From a virus (lineage: Duplodnaviria; Heunggongvirae; Uroviricota; Caudoviricetes): a stretch of 48,822 nt of DNA. The notes below the pieces were generated by a model. The model searched no databases and was not told the DNA's origin. It saw only the letters and a program-made list of their open reading frames with translations. The translations under genes were made by a program, and so were the position numbers. Where the stretch lies: IMG/VR virus record IMGVR_UViG_2541047788_000006. The stretch is one strand, 5' to 3'. Below are positions 44,712 through 48,822 of the stretch, in pieces (position 1 is the first letter of the stretch; the number at the start of each line of letters is the position of its first letter).

Positions 44712-47183
44712 ATGAGTAAAGTCTTTATTTGCGCCGCTATTCCTGACGAACTGGCAACAAGGGAAGAAGGCGCTGTGGCTGTAGCCACAGCCATTGAAGC
44801 TGGCGACGAACGCCGTGCTCGAGCAAAATTTCACTGGCAATTCCTGGAACATTATCCGGCTGCTCAGGACTGCGCTTATAAATTTATTGTCTGCGAGGAT
44901 AAACCTGGCATACCCCGCCCTGCCCTCGATTCATGGGATGCTGAATATATGCAGGAAAACCGCTGGGATGAGGAGTCTGCTTCTTTTGTCCCGGTTGAGA
45001 CTGAATCCGATCCGATGAACGTCACTTTTGACAAGCTGGCCCCTGAAGTACAGAACGCTGTCATGGTTAAGTTCGACACATGTGAAAACATCACCGTTGA
45101 TATGGTTATTAGCGCACAGGAATTGTTGCAGGAAGACATGGCAACATTCGACGGACATATCGTTGAAGCGTTGATGAAAATGCCAGAAGTTAACGCCATG
45201 TATCCGGAGCTTAAGTTGCACGCCATTGGGTGGGTTAAGCATAAATGTATTCCTGGTGCTAAATGGCCCGAAATTCAGGCAGAGATGCGCATCTGGAAAA
45301 AACGTCGCGAAGGTGAACGCAAGGAAACCGGAAAATACACGTCTGTTGTTGATCTCGCCCGCGCCAGAGCCAATCAACAGTACACTGAAAATTCAACAGG
45401 AAAAATCAGCCCGGTCATTGCTGCCATTCATCGCGAATACAAGCAGACATGGAAAACACTGGATGACGAACTGGCCTACGCTCTCTGGCCTGGTGATGTG
45501 GATGCCGGAAACATTGACGGCAGCATCCATCGCTGGGCAAAAAATGAAGTTATCGATAACGACCGCGAAGACTGGAAGCGTATCTCGGCATCAATGCGCA
45601 AACAGCCTGATGCCCTTCGCTACGACCGCCAAACTATTTTTGGCCTTGTCCGTGAACGTCCGATCGACATTCACAAAGATCCCGTAGCACTGAACAAATA
45701 TATCTGCGAATACCTGACGACAAAGGGCGTGTTTGAGAATGAAGAAACAGACCTGGGCACTGTTGATGTTCTCCAGTCATCAGAAACACAAACTGATGCA
45801 GTGGAAACTGAGGTATCTGATATCCCAAAAAATGAAACCGCGCCGGAAGCTGAACCATCTGTAGAGCGTGAGGGGCCGTTCTATTTCCTCTTCGCAGATA
45901 AGGACGGAGAAAAATACGGTCGCGCAAACAAACTTTCTGGTCTGGATAAGGCACTGGCTGCTGGCGCCACTGAAATCACAAAAGAAGAATATTTTGCCCG
46001 AAAAAATGGCACATACACGGGCTTACCGCAAAATGTAGATACCGCTGAAGATTCAGAACAACCAGAGCCGATAAAAGTTACCGCTGACGAAGTAAACAAA
46101 ATTATGCAGGCAGCCAATATCATCCAGCCTGACGCCGATAAGTTGCTTGCTGCATCACGTGGTGAATTTGTTGAAGGGATTAGTGACCCGAATGATCCGA
46201 AATGGGTTAAGGGGATCCAGACCCGCGATTCTGTGAACCAGAACCAGCATGAATCGGAACGGAACTACCAAAAAGCGGAACAAAACAGCCCAAATGCGTT
46301 ACAAAACGAGCCAGAAACGAAACAGCCTGAATCAGTGGCGCAACAGGAAGTGGAAAAAGTCTGCACCGCCTGCGGTCAGACCGGCGGCGGCAACTGCCCT
46401 GATTGTGGCGCGGTAATGGGCGACGCAACATACCAGGAAACATTCGATGAAGAGTATCAGGTTGAAGTTCAGGAAGATGATCCGGAGAAAATGGAAGGCG
46501 CTGAACATCCACACAAGGAGAACACTGGCGGCAATCAGCATCACGATAGCGATAATGAAACTGGCGAGACGGCAGATCACTCAATTAAGGTGAACGGTCA
46601 TCACGAAATCACATCCACCAGCAGGACGTGTGACCATCTAATGATCGACCTTGAAACCATGGGAAAAAATCCTGATGCCCCGATCATCTCAATAGGTGCA
46701 ATATTTTTCGATCCGCAAACCGGAGATATGGGACCGGAATTTATTAAGACTATCGATCTGGAAACTGCTGGCGGAGTCATTGATCGGGACACCATTAAAT
46801 GGTGGTTTAAGCAATCACGCGAAGCGCAATCTGCCATTATGACCGATGAAATCCCGTTAGATGATGCACTGTTACAATTGCGGGAATTTATCGACGAAAA
46901 CTCCGGTGAATTTTTTGTTCAGGTCTGGGGAAATGGAGCCAACTTCGACAACACGATTTTGCGCCGTTCATACGAACGGCAGGGGATCCCCTGCCCGTGG
47001 CGTTACTACAACGATCGCGATGTACGCACAATCGTTGAGCTGGGGAAAGCCATAGACTTCGATGCCAGAACGGCTATTCAATTCGAAGGTGAGCGCCATA
47101 ATGCACTTGATGACGCCCGTTACCAGGCAAAATACGTTTCAGTTATCTGGCAAAAACTGATCCCGAGTCAGGCTGATTCTTAA
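44712..47183 (+). CDS. ydfE: large early-region protein with C-terminal DnaQ-like (DEDDh) 3'-5' exonuclease domain
   Basis: 823 aa; C-terminal ~190 aa contains MIDLETMG (Exo I), a middle acidic motif, and HNALDDARYQAKY (Exo III with His); upstream CxxC...CxxC zinc-ribbon (CTACGQTGGGNCPDCG); occupies the exo/recombination position upstream of xis-int. Confidence 0.75.
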   Translation: MSKVFICAAIPDELATREEGAVAVATAIEAGDERRARAKFHWQFLEHYPAAQDCAYKFIVCEDKPGIPRPALDSWDAEYMQENRWDEESASFVPVETESDPMNVTFDKLAPEVQNAVMVKFDTCENITVDMVISAQELLQEDMATFDGHIVEALMKMPEVNAMYPELKLHAIGWVKHKCIPGAKWPEIQAEMRIWKKRREGERKETGKYTSVVDLARARANQQYTENSTGKISPVIAAIHREYKQTWKTLDDELAYALWPGDVDAGNIDGSIHRWAKNEVIDNDREDWKRISASMRKQPDALRYDRQTIFGLVRERPIDIHKDPVALNKYICEYLTTKGVFENEETDLGTVDVLQSSETQTDAVETEVSDIPKNETAPEAEPSVEREGPFYFLFADKDGEKYGRANKLSGLDKALAAGATEITKEEYFARKNGTYTGLPQNVDTAEDSEQPEPIKVTADEVNKIMQAANIIQPDADKLLAASRGEFVEGISDPNDPKWVKGIQTRDSVNQNQHESERNYQKAEQNSPNALQNEPETKQPESVAQQEVEKVCTACGQTGGGNCPDCGAVMGDATYQETFDEEYQVEVQEDDPEKMEGAEHPHKENTGGNQHHDSDNETGETADHSIKVNGHHEITSTSRTCDHLMIDLETMGKNPDAPIISIGAIFFDPQTGDMGPEFIKTIDLETAGGVIDRDTIKWWFKQSREAQSAIMTDEIPLDDALLQLREFIDENSGEFFVQVWGNGANFDNTILRRSYERQGIPCPWRYYNDRDVRTIVELGKAIDFDARTAIQFEGERHNALDDARYQAKYVSVIWQKLIPSQADS

Positions 47184-47255
47184 TGTTCAACTGTCGCCGG
47201 TTGTGACTGGTATTCTGCAACCGGCGCTCGTCTAATATAAGAGATAAAGAAATCG

Positions 47256-47507
47256 ATGAGCGAAGTAATCATGATTGTCTCTCCCGGCAAATGGGTATCC
47301 GAAGAGCAGTTAATTGCGCTGAAAGGAATAAAAAAAGGTACGTTAAAAAAGGCCCGGGAAAAATCGTTTATGGAAGGAAGGGAATATAAGCATGTCGCTC
47401 ATGACGGTATGCCATGGGATAACAGTCCATGCTTTTACAACCTGGAAGAAATTGATCGCTGGATTGAGCGCCAGGCATCAGCAAGACCAAGACGTCATCT
47501 TACTTGA
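47256..47507 (+). CDS. xis: excisionase-like protein
   Basis: 83-aa basic protein immediately upstream of the integrase; assignment mainly by position. Confidence 0.55.
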   Translation: MSEVIMIVSPGKWVSEEQLIALKGIKKGTLKKAREKSFMEGREYKHVAHDGMPWDNSPCFYNLEEIDRWIERQASARPRRHLT

Positions 47508-47526
47508 CTAAAAGCCACACTAACTA

Positions 47527-48822
47527 ATGAGAGAAGTTGAAATGAAATATCCGACAGGCGTGGAAAACCATGGAGGGAAATTACGTATCTGGTTTGTTTA
47601 TAAAGGCGTAAGAGTCAGGGAAAACCTGGGGGTTCCTGACACAGCAAAAAACAGGCGCGTTGCAGGTGAGCTACGCGCCTCTGTTTGTTACGCAATAAAA
47701 ACTGGTGTTTTCGACTATGCAAAACAGTTTCCCTCCTCACGCAATCTGGAAAAATTTGGTGAGGCCCGACAAGATTTAACCATAAAAGAACTGGCTGAAA
47801 AATTTCTGGCACTGAAAGAAACTGAAGTCGCAAAAACATCACTCAACACATACCGTGCCGTCATCAAAAATATCCTGAGCATAATCGGTGAAAAAAATCT
47901 TGCCTCATCGATTAATAAAGAAAAATTACTGGAGGTTCGTAAAGAGCTACTGACTGGATACCAGATCCCCAAAAGTAACTATATTGTTACACAACCAGGG
48001 AGATCGGCTGTAACTGTAAATAATTACATGACAAATCTTAACGCCGTGTTCCAGTTTGGTGTTGATAACGGTTACCTGGTAGATAACCCGTTTAAGGGGA
48101 TCTCGCCATTAAAGGAATCAAGAACCATTCCGGATCCTCTTTCGCGGGAGGAATTCATCCGTCTTATCGATGCGTGCAGAAATCAGCAAGCCAAAAATTT
48201 ATGGTGTGTTTCTGTTTATACTGGCGTTCGCCCTGGTGAGCTGTGTGCACTTGGATGGGAGGACATAGATCTGAAAAATGGAACAATGATGATCAGGAGA
48301 AATTTAGCAAAAGACCGTTTCACGGTACCAAAAACACAGGCGGGAACCAATCGGGTCATTCATCTTATTAAGCCAGCAATCGACGCTCTCCGGAGTCAGA
48401 TGACATTAACGAGACTGAGCAAAGAGCATATCATTGATGTTCACCTCAGAGAGTATGGCAGAACAGAAAAACAAAAATGCACCTTTGTTTTTCAACCTGA
48501 AGTGTCAGCGAGAGTAAAAAATTATGGTGACCATTTTACCGTTGACTCAATAAGGCAGATGTGGGACGCAGCGATAAAACGTGCCGGACTCCGCCATCGA
48601 AAATCATATCAGTCGAGACATACTTATGCCTGCTGGTCGCTGACAGCTGGTGCTAACCCGGCATTTATAGCAAACCAGATGGGCCATGCAGATGCGCAAA
48701 TGGTATTTCAGGTATACGGAAAATGGATGTCTGAAAACAATAATGCACAGGTAGCTTTGTTAAATACACAGTTAAGCGAGTTTGCCCCAACCATGCCCCA
48801 TAACGAAGCAATGAAAAATTAA
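47527..48822 (+). CDS. int: tyrosine-type phage integrase
   Basis: 431-aa ORF; C-terminal catalytic region with R...HxxR...Y pattern (SRHTYACWSL...HADAQMVFQVYGKWM); stop TAA at the window end; start may be 47542 (MKYPTG...). Confidence 0.9.
   Translation: MREVEMKYPTGVENHGGKLRIWFVYKGVRVRENLGVPDTAKNRRVAGELRASVCYAIKTGVFDYAKQFPSSRNLEKFGEARQDLTIKELAEKFLALKETEVAKTSLNTYRAVIKNILSIIGEKNLASSINKEKLLEVRKELLTGYQIPKSNYIVTQPGRSAVTVNNYMTNLNAVFQFGVDNGYLVDNPFKGISPLKESRTIPDPLSREEFIRLIDACRNQQAKNLWCVSVYTGVRPGELCALGWEDIDLKNGTMMIRRNLAKDRFTVPKTQAGTNRVIHLIKPAIDALRSQMTLTRLSKEHIIDVHLREYGRTEKQKCTFVFQPEVSARVKNYGDHFTVDSIRQMWDAAIKRAGLRHRKSYQSRHTYACWSLTAGANPAFIANQMGHADAQMVFQVYGKWMSENNNAQVALLNTQLSEFAPTMPHNEAMKN

Overview
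The window is an essentially complete ~47.5 kb lambdoid prophage of the Escherichia coli Qin/Kim type, lying between a 5'-truncated host MFS transporter gene (ydfJ, 1..1284, minus) and a tyrosine integrase that ends at the window edge (47527..48822, plus). All calls are from reading the sequence and the ORF track against remembered protein families; no database search was run. Gene order, right to left on the minus strand, is lambda-like: terS, terL, W-like, portal, protease-capsid fusion, head-tail connectors, Z, U, V, G/T, H, M, L, K, I, J, lom, stf, tfa. The late region has a Q antiterminator (quuQ), a candidate PR'-like promoter with terminator, and a phage-21-type lysis cassette (pinholin essQ, SAR endolysin rrrQ, spanins rzpQ/rzoQ). 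The early region on the plus strand has a dicA/dicC-like repressor pair, ydfA, a ydfB/C-like ORF, the DicF sRNA, dicB, ydfD, an intact 823-aa ydfE exonuclease, xis and int; on the minus strand it has an O-like replication initiator with five in-gene iterons. Cargo genes include three cold-shock paralogues (cspI, cspB, cspF), ydfK, ynfN, ynfO, ydfO, gnsB, ynfU, hokD and lom. Two IS5 copies in opposite orientation each retain their own 4-bp target duplication: one splits the pin invertase gene, the other splits a plus-strand ~595-aa ORF whose C-terminus carries an Rx4H (HEPN-like) motif. That disrupted ORF, sitting in a moron position between hokD and the replication genes, is the best candidate for an uncharacterised defence/abortive-infection gene. 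No tRNA or CRISPR array was seen.
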